From contig JBFWWG010000003.1 of assembly GCA_050246315.1 (NCBI GenBank), forward strand, positions 160,001-224,000: a stretch of DNA of 64,000 nucleotides. The letters are read 5' to 3'. How positions within the stretch are numbered: position 1 is the first letter of the stretch; each line of letters opens with the position of its first letter. Positions 29,775 through 39,246 of this stretch are shown here, one piece after another. The position numbers were made by a program, and so were the translations under genes. The stretch is from Nitrospiraceae bacterium (GTDB lineage: Bacteria > Nitrospirota > Nitrospiria > Nitrospirales > Nitrospiraceae). The notes under the pieces were generated by a model, which saw nothing but the letters and a program-made list of their open reading frames with translations, searched no databases and was not told where the DNA came from.

Positions 29775-29836
29775 AAGGGGAGTAATAGGGGGCAAAGGGG
29801 AGTAATAGGGGGCAAGTAATAGGGGTCATGTCTTGA
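29775..29836 (+). repeat. GGGGTCATGTCTTGA (REP-like) motif preceded by two perfect 20-bp tandem copies
   Basis: AAGGGGAGTAATAGGGGGCA x2 (29775-29814), then AGTAATAGGGGTCATGTCTTGA. Confidence 0.8.
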
Positions 29837-30006
29837 TTCTGACAATACATAGGCATTTCCCTCTGAGATAGTGTCCGGGGTTGAGAGGGGGAAGGGACAT
29901 TCTCTTGCTCCGTTGATCCATCCAGCCGGCTTTGCTCGCATCCCGGCCATGCCTCGCACGTCCAAGCCTCAGTGCGTGGGCGCAACAGCTCGCGCTTCGT
30001 CTGGGG

Positions 30007-30049
30007 CTTGCCACCATTACTCATGACGATTCGTCACGAAATTGTGGAG
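30007..30049 (+). repeat. degenerate end fragment of the CTAG-ended MITE family
   Basis: CTTGCCACCATTACTCATGACGATTCGTCACGAAATTGTGGAG resembles the 49430 end CTAGCCCATATTATTCATGACGGTTCGTCGCGAAACCGCGAG. Confidence 0.55.
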
Positions 30050-30173
30050 CCGGCATGCGAGCCGGTTGCCAGGGGGTGAGTTCGCTCTTGTGTTCGGGGT
30101 CGATTCGGATTACGTTGCGCATGAAACAGCCCATTGACGTCATGAATCTCATCGCTCCTCAGGACGATCTCGT

Positions 30174-30779
30174 ATGGACACGGGCTTCGACTGGATCACG
30201 CGGCATGGCTGTGTCGGGATCTTCCTGCTCCTCATGCTCGGCATCGTCGGGCTGCCAGCACCCGACGAAACGCCGCTCACATTCGTTACCTACTTGAGAT
30301 TAAAAAGTGATCTTGCCCTACTGCCGTCTATGGGGGCCGCCGCTCTTGGCCGCTCGACCGGCATCAGTCTGAACGATGGAATCGGACGGAGCGCCGGCTC
30401 GCATGTGGTGATGACGCTGAGTCTCAAGCTCCATCTCCGTCCTGAGCAGGTTGCCCAAGGACAGGCGTGGCTGTAGCGGTGGAGCAAGTCGGCCCTGAGC
30501 ATCGCCTATTTCGTGCCGGGGGTGCGGTTTTTGACCGCCTGGCTGGTCGGCGCATCGAACCTGCCGTTCGCCACCTTTGCCGCATTGGCCTCTTGTGGCG
30601 CAATCCTGTGGTCGGCCACCTCCATTGCCCTGAGCACCGTTCTCAGGGAAGAATGGCATCGACAGTCTTCCTTGGTGCCTCGCATCGGCGCCATTCTGGC
30701 TGCCGGCCTCGTGTTAGCGATTACCGTGAGATTGCTCATCAAGAGACGGCGCCTTCACTCAGATCCTTCGATCACGTGA
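30174..30779 (+). pseudogene. dedA: DedA-family membrane protein interrupted by an in-frame TAG
   Basis: LGIVGLPAPDET and FVPGVR DedA motifs lie in one frame, separated by TAG at 30474-30476. Confidence 0.8.
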
Positions 30780-30863
30780 GGAGAAGATAATGGGGAATGT
30801 CCCTGGCCGTACAGGCTCTCCCGAGCGCTACGGGGCGCCGCAGGGACATGCAGGAGCCCATAC

Positions 30864-31865
30864 TTGCTGAGGGGCCGGCCTATACAGTGGCTGGTTCTCG
30901 CGAGCATCGTCTGGACGCCGATTTCCACATGGGCCGATGAGGTGATCACGCGCAACGGTGATCGCCTCACCGGCGAGGTCCTGACGATGGAAGATAATGT
31001 TCTGAGTCTTCACACGGAATACGGCGAGATGAAAATCGATTGGGGAAAGGTCGTCCACGTGACGAGCACCAAACCGATGAAGGTCCGAGTGCTTGGAGAA
31101 AAGAAAGGTCCACTCTCCGATTTCTTCTTGGGCGGGCATGAATTTCGACATGTCACGGAGCTCAGGGAGGATGGCCCGATTCCCTTATCTGACGTCAAAG
31201 GCATCAATATCGGGCACATCCGGCATGACGGCACGGTCACGATCGGGGGCAACCATACGACCGGCAACACCAACACCAAGGCAGTCAACGCCGTGGGCCG
31301 AGTCACGATACAGGCTCATCGGCAGCGACTCTACCTGGAAGGCAAATATAATTATGGAGAGGCCAGTGGTGCAGTGACGGCCCGGAACTGGGCAGGCCAA
31401 TTGAAATATGACTATTTTTTGACCGAGAAAGTATTTCTCAATACCTCCAACATGATTGAACATGACCGGTTTCAAAACCTGCAGCTCCGCACCACACTCG
31501 GCGCCGGCCCGGGATATCAATTTTTCAACACGGATCAGGTCTCTCTCTCCACCGCCGTCGGCCTGGCCTATGTCGACGAAGACTACACAACCGTACCTCA
31601 GACCGAAACACCGTCTGCCCATTTGGGATGGCGGCTTGATTTCACTCTATGGTCTCGATTCAAGTTCTTTCAACGCTTCGATGGCTATTATGACTTGAGA
31701 TACGGCAATGCCATCCGCATCACCTCGGCCCAAGGGGTCCGCGTCCCTATCTATCAGACGCTCTATGTCGCGCTCGAATACGACTACCGGCTGAATACGC
31801 AACCGGCGCCAGGGCGGGTGAAGGGAGATGATTCCTACATCTTCGGCATGGGATTTGAGTTCTAG
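30864..31865 (+). CDS. DUF481/YdiY-family outer-membrane beta-barrel
   Basis: Signal peptide ending WAD; NGDRLTG; GNTNT; EHDRFQNL..RTTLGAGPGYQF; C-terminal aromatic FEF. Confidence 0.8.
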   Translation: MLRGRPIQWLVLASIVWTPISTWADEVITRNGDRLTGEVLTMEDNVLSLHTEYGEMKIDWGKVVHVTSTKPMKVRVLGEKKGPLSDFFLGGHEFRHVTELREDGPIPLSDVKGINIGHIRHDGTVTIGGNHTTGNTNTKAVNAVGRVTIQAHRQRLYLEGKYNYGEASGAVTARNWAGQLKYDYFLTEKVFLNTSNMIEHDRFQNLQLRTTLGAGPGYQFFNTDQVSLSTAVGLAYVDEDYTTVPQTETPSAHLGWRLDFTLWSRFKFFQRFDGYYDLRYGNAIRITSAQGVRVPIYQTLYVALEYDYRLNTQPAPGRVKGDDSYIFGMGFEF

Positions 31866-32077
31866 CCCGCATTATTCACGACAACTTCTACTGCAACCGC
31901 CGAGATGCCGCTGCGACAAGGTTGGCCGAACCTAACGGGGGCCTACCGGGCGGGCTCGCCGCCCACTCCCTCGACATACTGTTGCAAGTATGCCTCGGGA
32001 CCTCGCGGCTCCGCACGCCCGTCTCGCGCGGCATCTCCGCGGTTTCGTCACGAAGTCTCGTGAATAATGCGGGCTAG
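31862..32077. mobile_element. 216-bp MITE-like element with perfect 20-bp terminal inverted repeats ending in CTAG
   Basis: CTAGCCCGCATTATTCACGA (31862-31881) and TCGTGAATAATGCGGGCTAG (32058-32077); internal arms GAGATGCCGC/GCGGCATCTC also pair; no transposase. Confidence 0.85.
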
Positions 32078-32217
32078 TCGTCTGTTTGAGGAAAGCCCAA
32101 CCCGTACCGAGAGTCCTATTCCTCCACACACGCCGTGGCCGCCTTCAGTCATATGTCCACGATGAGACGCATGCTTTGAAAACGGTCGCCGATCAATCGC
32201 AGCGGGCAGCACCGCTC

Positions 32218-32246
32218 TTGCCTTATTCCCATCACTCTGGTATGGT
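32218..32246 (+). promoter_or_regulatory. sigma70-type promoter of vapBC, probably leaderless
   Basis: TTGCCT-N17-TATGGT with TGG extension; ATG 7 nt downstream; no SD. Confidence 0.55.
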
Positions 32247-32253
32247 TTTCCAT

Positions 32254-32484
32254 ATGAAGACCACCCTTGTGATTAACGACACGATCATGAAGCGGGTGAA
32301 GGCCGAAGCCGCCCGCCAAGGCCGGACCATATCGGAACTCGTGGAATCCGCCCTTCGTCAGCTTCTCGAATCTCCTCGCCCGAAACGCCCCGACCTTCCG
32401 CCCCTTCCGAGTCACAACCTTGGCGGAGCGCTCGTCGACATCGCCGACCGCGATGCACTCTATCAGGCCATGGAAGGGCGGTGA
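32254..32484 (+). CDS. vapB: type II antitoxin (RHH, VapB-like)
   Basis: MKTTLVINDTIMKRVKAEAARQGRTISELVESALR; overlaps the PIN gene start. Confidence 0.85.
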   Translation: MKTTLVINDTIMKRVKAEAARQGRTISELVESALRQLLESPRPKRPDLPPLPSHNLGGALVDIADRDALYQAMEGR

Positions 32485-32921
32485 TGTTCGTCGTCGATGC
32501 GAACATCTTCGTCTACGGCTTGAATACCGCCTGCGAGGAGCACGCGACCTGCCGAACCCTGCTCCACACCTGGCGGATGCAGACCACACCGTGGTACGCA
32601 ACCTGGGGTATCCTTTACGAGGTCCTGCGCGTGGCCAGCCACCCTCGGGTGTTCAGAACCCCCCTGACCGTCGATGCCGTCTGGGAATTTGTGGGAGGCG
32701 TGATGGCCGCCCCAAGTTTCAACCTCTTGGTGGAAGGCCCGCGACATGCCGAAGTAGCACAATCGACATTGGCAGATGTGAAGGGTATTCGCGGAAATCT
32801 CTTGCACGACACCCATACGGCGATCTTGATGCGGGAACATGGTATACGCCGCATCTATACGCGCGATACGGACTTTCACCGGTTTCCGTTCTTGGAGGTC
32901 ATCGATCCATTGACGAGCTAA
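32484..32921 (+). CDS. vapC: PIN-domain ribonuclease toxin (VapC)
   Basis: VVDANIFVY, GNLLHDTHTA, IYTRDTDFHRF acidic PIN motifs; alternative GTG start 32481. Confidence 0.88.
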   Translation: MFVVDANIFVYGLNTACEEHATCRTLLHTWRMQTTPWYATWGILYEVLRVASHPRVFRTPLTVDAVWEFVGGVMAAPSFNLLVEGPRHAEVAQSTLADVKGIRGNLLHDTHTAILMREHGIRRIYTRDTDFHRFPFLEVIDPLTS

Positions 32922-33012
32922 ACCATCTCGATCGGTGCCGCCCGTGCCGGCATCCACGCGGTGACGATCACGGCCCCTGTTTTCATCACAACGACAAAGG
33001 AGAGCTCCACAC

Positions 33013-33435
33013 ATGAGCGAACGTACACTTGCGATCATCAAACCCGACGCCGTGAAGAAGAACGCGATCGGAGACATCATCGGTCATTATGAGAAGGTCG
33101 GGTTGCATCCGGTCGCGATCCGCATGATGCACTTCTCAAAAGCCATCGCACAGGGATTCTATGCCGTCCATAAGGCTCGGCCCTTCTTCGATAGCTTGAC
33201 CACCTTTATGTCCTCCGGCCCCGTTGTGGTCTTGGTGCTCTCCGGAGAAAATGCCATTAAAAAGCATCGTGACTTGATGGGAGCGACCGATCCAGCCAAG
33301 GCCGACAAGGGGACATTGCGGGCCCTCTACGGCACCAACATCGAGTATAATGCCGTCCATGGTTCCGACGGACCCGACACGGCGCAGTTCGAAATCGGCT
33401 ACTTCTTCCCCGGCATGGACCTCGTCAGCCGATAG
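33013..33435 (+). CDS. ndk: nucleoside-diphosphate kinase
   Basis: [19 protein letters not shown] catalytic His. Confidence 0.97.
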   Translation: MSERTLAIIKPDAVKKNAIGDIIGHYEKVGLHPVAIRMMHFSKAIAQGFYAVHKARPFFDSLTTFMSSGPVVVLVLSGENAIKKHRDLMGATDPAKADKGTLRALYGTNIEYNAVHGSDGPDTAQFEIGYFFPGMDLVSR

Positions 33436-33493
33436 AATTTCATCTACGCGCTACATCGCACTCAGCATAGATCGGCAGGGAGAGCCTCACCGG

Positions 33494-35077
33494 ATGCGCG
33501 GAGATGCCATTCTCAAGCCGCACCATCATCGGAGGCCGCATCCGCCGAGAAGGCTTGTTCCCTTGGTTGCACCATGTCTCCTGTTGCTGACCCTCTTCAT
33601 GACCGGCTGTCCGGCTCAACGGTCGATGCCAACGACCGCCCCGGTCCCGGCTCCGGTTTCGCGAACGGTCCAGACCGAAGCGGAAGTGCGCGCGCTGGCC
33701 GAGGCTCGTGCGCACTTCGACGCGGGACGGTACGGGGTCGCAGTCCGGCTCCTCCGCCATTTCCTTGAGCTGCACACCCATTCACCGACCATCCCCGAAG
33801 CCCGCTGGCTGCTCGGCCGCTCCTACGAAGAACTCGGGGAGTGGCATGCGGCCTTGGCTCAATACCGGCTGGTGGCAGCGGAGGCCACGCGCCCGCCTGG
33901 TCTCTCTCCGGCCATGAACACCCAGGTGCGCGATCGGTTGAGCCTGCTCACCAGACGGCTTGGGCGGGCGGCGCCGGGCACGGCCGGATCGGTCGCGATT
34001 TGGTTGGACCCGTCTGCGATTCCGGAGCCGGGATTGCGCGCACAGTGGCTGAGCACCTTCATCGCCGAAGGTGTGACCACGCTGGTCTTCGATGTCGGGC
34101 CCCTGGGACCGGGCGACGCTCCCGGAACAAACCACGAGCGACCCGGCGCCCAAACCGCGCATGGTGTCTATTTCCGCACGACCTGGGCGTCCCTCAAGCG
34201 GGACCTGTTTGGAGAGATGCTGCCGTTGGCCCGCGATCTTGGCATCACGATCTTCGCCTCGATGGACATCACCAATATTCCCTGGCTCGATCCGACGCTG
34301 GGCTGGACCACCTACGTCTATGACGACCAAACGCGTCAGATCGTGCCGAGCATGGCCTTCGATCCGTTGCACCCGGCCATCCAGGAATATCTGACGGGAC
34401 TCTTGACCGACCTGGTCCGGCTGCAGATCGACGGGCTGTTCCTCCGCATCGGGGAGCGCACCGGCCCCCGTTATCACGTCAGCGGCAGAGGGCTCGACCA
34501 ATTCGGCGCACAACTGCCGGCCAATCTCGACCCGAAAGCCCTGTTGATCGTCGGCCGCAGCCTTCCGCTATCAACTCCTGGATCGTCTTCCGCATCACAG
34601 ACGAATCCCTCGGCTCCCTCGGACCAGGCGACGATTTTCTGGAGATGGGCCGGTTGGCAGGCACGTCAGCGTCTGGCCATGCTGCTGGCTCTCCGTTCGT
34701 CGCTCCGCCGCTATCAGAGCGGACTCCAAGTCGTCCTGGCACTTCACGATACGGCGGTGACCAAACCGCTCGATGCGTTGATTGAGCACGGTGAAGATCT
34801 GTTGGAGACAACGACCCACGGCCTGCCGGTGGCGATTCCCTTTCCCCCGTCACGGACCATCTTGACTTCTGCCGATCCCGACGAAGGCTGGCGTTTTGAA
34901 TACCTCAGCCGCTTGGTCAATATGATCGGCTCGCCGGAGCGGATTTGGATTCTCGTCCCGGTCGCGGCGCCGGACCGCGCGAGTGTCGTCCGCGAACTGC
35001 ACACCTCCGTTGTAGAATTCGCTCGCACGAGAGGCTTGAATATCCTGTTCGTCCCGCAACCCGCACGGGGCCGGTGA
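33494..35077 (+). CDS. lipoprotein with BamD/YbgF-like TPR and a PgaB C-terminal (GH153-like) TIM-barrel
   Basis: Lipobox MTGC; TPR EARWLLGRSYEELG; GVYFRTTWASLKRDLF, FDPLHP, IDGLFL and FWRWAGWQ segments resemble the PgaB C-domain. Confidence 0.55.
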   Translation: MRGDAILKPHHHRRPHPPRRLVPLVAPCLLLLTLFMTGCPAQRSMPTTAPVPAPVSRTVQTEAEVRALAEARAHFDAGRYGVAVRLLRHFLELHTHSPTIPEARWLLGRSYEELGEWHAALAQYRLVAAEATRPPGLSPAMNTQVRDRLSLLTRRLGRAAPGTAGSVAIWLDPSAIPEPGLRAQWLSTFIAEGVTTLVFDVGPLGPGDAPGTNHERPGAQTAHGVYFRTTWASLKRDLFGEMLPLARDLGITIFASMDITNIPWLDPTLGWTTYVYDDQTRQIVPSMAFDPLHPAIQEYLTGLLTDLVRLQIDGLFLRIGERTGPRYHVSGRGLDQFGAQLPANLDPKALLIVGRSLPLSTPGSSSASQTNPSAPSDQATIFWRWAGWQARQRLAMLLALRSSLRRYQSGLQVVLALHDTAVTKPLDALIEHGEDLLETTTHGLPVAIPFPPSRTILTSADPDEGWRFEYLSRLVNMIGSPERIWILVPVAAPDRASVVRELHTSVVEFARTRGLNILFVPQPARGR

Positions 35078-35081
35078 TTTC

Positions 35082-35110
35082 TTGACAAATGGGGAGGGCT
35101 GCACTACGAT
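35082..35110 (+). promoter_or_regulatory. sigma70 promoter of gcvH-lpdA-comEA-tyrS
   Basis: TTGACA-N17-TACGAT. Confidence 0.7.
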
Positions 35111-35174
35111 CCCGCGTTCTCCCCGCATGTGATGCGCGTTGACCCACACCATAGCGAACCGGAAGGACGGACGT

Positions 35175-35558
35175 ATGACCCCAGCAGATCTCCGCTACCA
35201 TGAAGAACATGAATGGATCCGTGTCGCCGGCAAACAAGCCACCCTGGGGATCAGTCATTTTGCGCAGGATGCGCTGGGCGACATCGTATTCATCGACCTG
35301 CCAAAGGTCGGCCTACAGATGAAGGCCGGGCAGCAGATTGGAGAGGTCGAGTCCACCAAAACGACCTCCACCATCTACACGCCCGTCAGCGGCACGGTCA
35401 CGAGTGTGAATCTCGACCTGAAAGACCATCCCGAAGTCGTGAACAGCGACCCGTATGGCAAAGGCTGGATGGTCGTGATCGACTTGAGCCAACCGGCTGA
35501 AGTCGAGACCTTAATGACGGCCGCCCAGTACGACACCTTCCTCGCATCCAAAAAATAA
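35175..35558 (+). CDS. gcvH: glycine cleavage H protein (lipoyl carrier)
   Basis: YHEEHEWI, GISHFAQDALGDIVF, VESTK lipoyl lysine, NSDPYGKGW. Confidence 0.95.
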   Translation: MTPADLRYHEEHEWIRVAGKQATLGISHFAQDALGDIVFIDLPKVGLQMKAGQQIGEVESTKTTSTIYTPVSGTVTSVNLDLKDHPEVVNSDPYGKGWMVVIDLSQPAEVETLMTAAQYDTFLASKK

Positions 35559-35570
35559 CCCGTACACGAC

Positions 35571-36998
35571 ATGTCCGTTCCGATACACATGGTCATCGTG
35601 GGCGCAGGCCCCGGTGGCTACGTGGCGGCGATCCGTGCCGCCCAGCTCGGCCTCAAGGTCACGGTTGTGGACCGCGAGGCGCTGGGGGGTGTCTGCCTCA
35701 ATTGGGGCTGCATCCCCAGCAAGGCCCTGCTGTCCATCGTAGACTTGGGAGACAAGGTCAAGAAGGCCTCCGACCTGGGGCTTACGTGTAGCGGTCCCCC
35801 CACCTACGACCTGGCCCGCATGGTGGCTCGGAAGAATACGGTCGTGGCCGGGCTCGTCAAGGGCATCGCCACTCTCTTCAAACATTGGCACATCGACTAT
35901 GTGGAAGGGAGCGCACGGTTGCTCGATACACGGACGGTACACGTGACTTTGAACCGTGGAGGGGAGCAGCAGATCGCGGCGGATGCCATCATCCTCGCCA
36001 CCGGCTCGTCTTGGCCCGACCTTCCATTGTTCCCGATCGATGGAAAACGGATCCTCTCCAGTCGGAACGCCCTGGATCTCGTTGAGTCGCCTTCAAGCCT
36101 CCTGATTGTCGGCGCTGGAGTGGAAGGCTGCGAGTTTGCATCTCTGTTCAGTGGACTCGGCACGCAGGTCCTGATGGTGGAGTTGCTCCCTCGTGTCCTT
36201 CCGTTGGAAGACGAAGAAATCTCCACCGCCATGGATCGTGAGCTTCGCAAGCGGGGCGTCACGATTCACACCGGCACCCAGATCACCCAACTCCAGAGCC
36301 ATGACTCCTCCGTGACCGCCGTACTCGCCGACGGCACACACCTCACAGCCGAGAAACTACTGGTCTCGGTGGGACGGGGGTTCAATTCCCAGAACCTCGG
36401 ACTCGAGCGGGTGGGCGTGGCGCTCGGGCGACGCGGAGAGATCCTCATCAATGAGCGGCTTGAAACCAACGTGCCCGGCATCTATGCCATTGGAGACGTG
36501 ACCGGCAAGGCCATGTTGGCCCACGTGGCCTCCGCACAGGGCAAGGCGGCGGTTGAGAATGCCTTGGGACGGAATCATCGGATCAACTACGACGTCATCC
36601 CTGCCGGCATTTTTACGTTGCCGGAGATCGGGCGGGTCGGGCTGACGGAAGGGCAGGCCCGTGAGCGGGCCCGGAGCCGCGGACAGAATCCCGATGCGGC
36701 CGTCAAGGTCGGACGCTTCCGCTACGCAGGATTAGGGAAAGCCCAGGCAGTTGGGGATACGGTCGGGTTCTATAAGATCATCAGCGACGCAGAGAGCGGC
36801 GTCATTCTCGGCGCCCACATCATGGGGTCTCACGCCGCCGACCTCATCCATGAAGCCGCCTTGGCGATAGAGATCGGAGCCTCCATCGATCAACTGGCCC
36901 GTATGATCCACGCCCATCCAACCTTGGCGGAAGGCCTCATGGAAGCGGCCGAGGACGTCGATGGGCTGGCGATTCACCTGGTCCGCAAGAAGGTCTAA
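35571..36998 (+). CDS. lpdA: dihydrolipoyl dehydrogenase
   Basis: GAGPGGY, GGVCLNWGCIPSK, HAHPTLAE. Confidence 0.95.
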   Translation: MSVPIHMVIVGAGPGGYVAAIRAAQLGLKVTVVDREALGGVCLNWGCIPSKALLSIVDLGDKVKKASDLGLTCSGPPTYDLARMVARKNTVVAGLVKGIATLFKHWHIDYVEGSARLLDTRTVHVTLNRGGEQQIAADAIILATGSSWPDLPLFPIDGKRILSSRNALDLVESPSSLLIVGAGVEGCEFASLFSGLGTQVLMVELLPRVLPLEDEEISTAMDRELRKRGVTIHTGTQITQLQSHDSSVTAVLADGTHLTAEKLLVSVGRGFNSQNLGLERVGVALGRRGEILINERLETNVPGIYAIGDVTGKAMLAHVASAQGKAAVENALGRNHRINYDVIPAGIFTLPEIGRVGLTEGQARERARSRGQNPDAAVKVGRFRYAGLGKAQAVGDTVGFYKIISDAESGVILGAHIMGSHAADLIHEAALAIEIGASIDQLARMIHAHPTLAEGLMEAAEDVDGLAIHLVRKKV

Positions 36999-37004
36999 CC
37001 TGTG

Positions 37005-37613
37005 ATGGAGATCGATCAGCCAACCTCCTCGGTCGGTCGCTCCATCACGATCGGCCGTTCACTGCTGATCAAGCTGGTCCTGTTTGCCGGGGCAACGGGA
37101 CTCATCAGTTGGCTCTTGGTCCACATGCCGGCTCCGCTTCCCTCGTTGGAATCCGGCACTCGCTCTCCTGAGCCGATCGTCGTGACGATCCCCGAGGAAC
37201 CCACTCTCTCCGCCACCAACGTCACCGCTCTATCGGATACCGCACCACCAGCACCCGCACCACACATCACCCAGGGAGGCTCGCAGTCCCGAACTCGACA
37301 GGCCGCTGGCGTCAGGCCATCCGCACCGGCCGTGACCGCACGGATCGCGCAGCGACTCGACCTCAATCGAGCGACACAGGCGGAGCTTGAACGGCTCCCC
37401 GGGATTGGGCCGGGATTGGCCAAACGCATCCTGGACTACAAACGGTCGCATGGACGGTACAACAGCGTGGAGGAATTGCGCGACGTGAAAGGAATCGGCG
37501 ACAAGCGATGGAGAAGGCTGGAACCGCTGCTAATGGTGACTGCCACCGCTCCCGCTCCAACGGCCTTGTCTCCGCTCGCCACCACGGCCCCGAAGGGCAA
37601 TGGCGCCATATGA
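37005..37613 (+). CDS. comEA: ComEA-family helix-hairpin-helix DNA receptor
   Basis: N-terminal TM, Pro-rich linker, LDLNRAT..LPGIGP..VKGIG. Confidence 0.85.
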   Translation: MEIDQPTSSVGRSITIGRSLLIKLVLFAGATGLISWLLVHMPAPLPSLESGTRSPEPIVVTIPEEPTLSATNVTALSDTAPPAPAPHITQGGSQSRTRQAAGVRPSAPAVTARIAQRLDLNRATQAELERLPGIGPGLAKRILDYKRSHGRYNSVEELRDVKGIGDKRWRRLEPLLMVTATAPAPTALSPLATTAPKGNGAI

Positions 37614-38836
37614 ACGAACTCTCACGCCAACTGGACTTGATGCTCCGAGGCTCCGTGGAGGTGATCCAACGAGCGGACCTCGAAGCCAAGGTGGCTCGCT
37701 CGCTGAAGGAGGGTCGGCCCTTGCGAGTAAAAGCCGGCTTCGATCCGACGGCGCCGGACCTCCATCTCGGCCATACGGTGTTGATCCACAAACTGAAACA
37801 CTTTCAGGATCTCGGCCATCAGGTCCTGTTCTTGATCGGCGACTTCACCGGATTGATCGGCGACCCGACCGGCGTCTCCGAGACGCGCAAGGCCCTGACC
37901 AAGGAGCAGGTCCTGGAAAACGCTGGAACCTATCAGCGTCAGATCTTCAAGATTCTCGATCCCGCCAAGACCTCTATCGTCTTTAACAGCGACTGGATGG
38001 GACGGATGACGGCGGAAGGGCTCATTCAACTCGCTGCCCATTATCGCGTGGCTCGAATGCTGGAGCGGGACGACTTTCACAAACGCTACCATGAACAGAA
38101 GCCGATCAGTGTCCATGAATTTCTCTACCCGCTCGTGCAGGGCTATGATTCGGTGGCGCTGAAGGCCGATGTGGAACTCGGTGGGACGGACCAAAAGTTC
38201 AACCTGCTGGTCGGGCGGGAGTTGCAGCGCGACTACGGACAGGAACCGCAGATCGTCCTGACCATGCCGCTCCTGGAAGGCACCGACGGCGTCAGAAAAA
38301 TGAGCAAGAGCCTCGGTAACTACATCGCGTTGGAGGATGCGCCGGCCGACATGTTCGGCAAGCTCATGTCGATCAGCGACCCTCTGATGTGGCGCTATTA
38401 CGAACTCCTCACGAACGAAGATCTCGCGCAGGTGCGTGTCCGCCATCCGATGGAGGCGAAACTCTGGATCGGCGAGCATATCGTGGCCCGCTATCATGGC
38501 GCTGAGGCGGGGAGGCAGGCTCGTGAATCGTTTCAGCAGAAATTCCGAGAGCGGGAATTCCCCGACGAACCCGACGTGCGTTTGATCCTGACCTCCGCGG
38601 ACGTGAAAGATCCTAGTGCACCCGCGATCGCCTTCACGGAGCTGATCGCGAAGACGGGATTGGTGTCGTCCAAGAGCGAGGCGCGGCGGCTCTTGGCCCA
38701 GAGCGGTATCGAATTGGATGAGCGGAAACTGACGGACATCAACGGCGTGCTCACGCTCCAATCGGGCCGACCCTATCGACTCCGCGTCGGCAAGCGGAAA
38801 TTTGCCCTGATCGAGTTCAACCCCACACCGACGTGA
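37610..38836 (+). CDS. tyrS: tyrosine--tRNA ligase
   Basis: [13 protein letters not shown] (HIGH), [14 protein letters not shown]-terminal S4 domain. Confidence 0.97.
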   Translation: MNELSRQLDLMLRGSVEVIQRADLEAKVARSLKEGRPLRVKAGFDPTAPDLHLGHTVLIHKLKHFQDLGHQVLFLIGDFTGLIGDPTGVSETRKALTKEQVLENAGTYQRQIFKILDPAKTSIVFNSDWMGRMTAEGLIQLAAHYRVARMLERDDFHKRYHEQKPISVHEFLYPLVQGYDSVALKADVELGGTDQKFNLLVGRELQRDYGQEPQIVLTMPLLEGTDGVRKMSKSLGNYIALEDAPADMFGKLMSISDPLMWRYYELLTNEDLAQVRVRHPMEAKLWIGEHIVARYHGAEAGRQARESFQQKFREREFPDEPDVRLILTSADVKDPSAPAIAFTELIAKTGLVSSKSEARRLLAQSGIELDERKLTDINGVLTLQSGRPYRLRVGKRKFALIEFNPTPT

Positions 38837-39198
38837 ATCGTCTTCTACGACTCCTCATCCTCATGCTGGCCCTCGTCGCCTGCTCCATGCCGGACTGGGA
38901 CATCCCCTCCGGGTTGGAATCGGAGTCGGCGGTCCGACAACGCGTGCTGGCCCTTATTCCTGTCGGTACGCCGCTCATCGATGCTAAGCAACGAATGGAA
39001 TCTAATGGGTTTACTTGTGTCTTCCAGTGGCATGGCCTATGGGACGGGAGGCAGGATGCGTCCTATCTCTATTGTCATCGCGAGGAGGGTGGCCTAATAC
39101 ACGCGCGACAGTGGCAAGTGGCCTTCCCCATCCATACCGGAACCGTGATGGAAGCGTTGGTCGTCTCCGGCATGATCGCTCCCCCGCCTTCGCCTTGA
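38833..39198 (+). CDS. hypothetical lipoprotein
   Basis: GTG start overlapping the tyrS stop; lipobox LVAC. Confidence 0.6.
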   Translation: MNRLLRLLILMLALVACSMPDWDIPSGLESESAVRQRVLALIPVGTPLIDAKQRMESNGFTCVFQWHGLWDGRQDASYLYCHREEGGLIHARQWQVAFPIHTGTVMEALVVSGMIAPPPSP

Positions 39199-39246
39199 CT
39201 TGACCGGCAGGTGCAGCGTAGGATCGCCACACCACTTCTCAGACGA

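Noticed and set aside
29775..29836. Possible mini-CRISPR array
   Set aside because: The 20-bp units are directly adjacent with no unique spacers, and no cas genes are in the window
30474..30476. Pyrrolysine or programmed amber readthrough in dedA
   Set aside because: No pyl genes seen, TAG is an ordinary stop for many genes here, and the gene shows other signs of drift
29893..30804. 10-bp inverted repeat AGGGACATTC/GAATGTCCCT flanking dedA as element ends
   Set aside because: Short, no target duplication evident, and the right copy is explained by a local hairpin with CAGGGACAT at 30841-30849
35175..35558. Functional link between gcvH (glycine) and WbqC glycylation
   Set aside because: More than 10 kb apart in different transcription units; no sequence evidence of coupling
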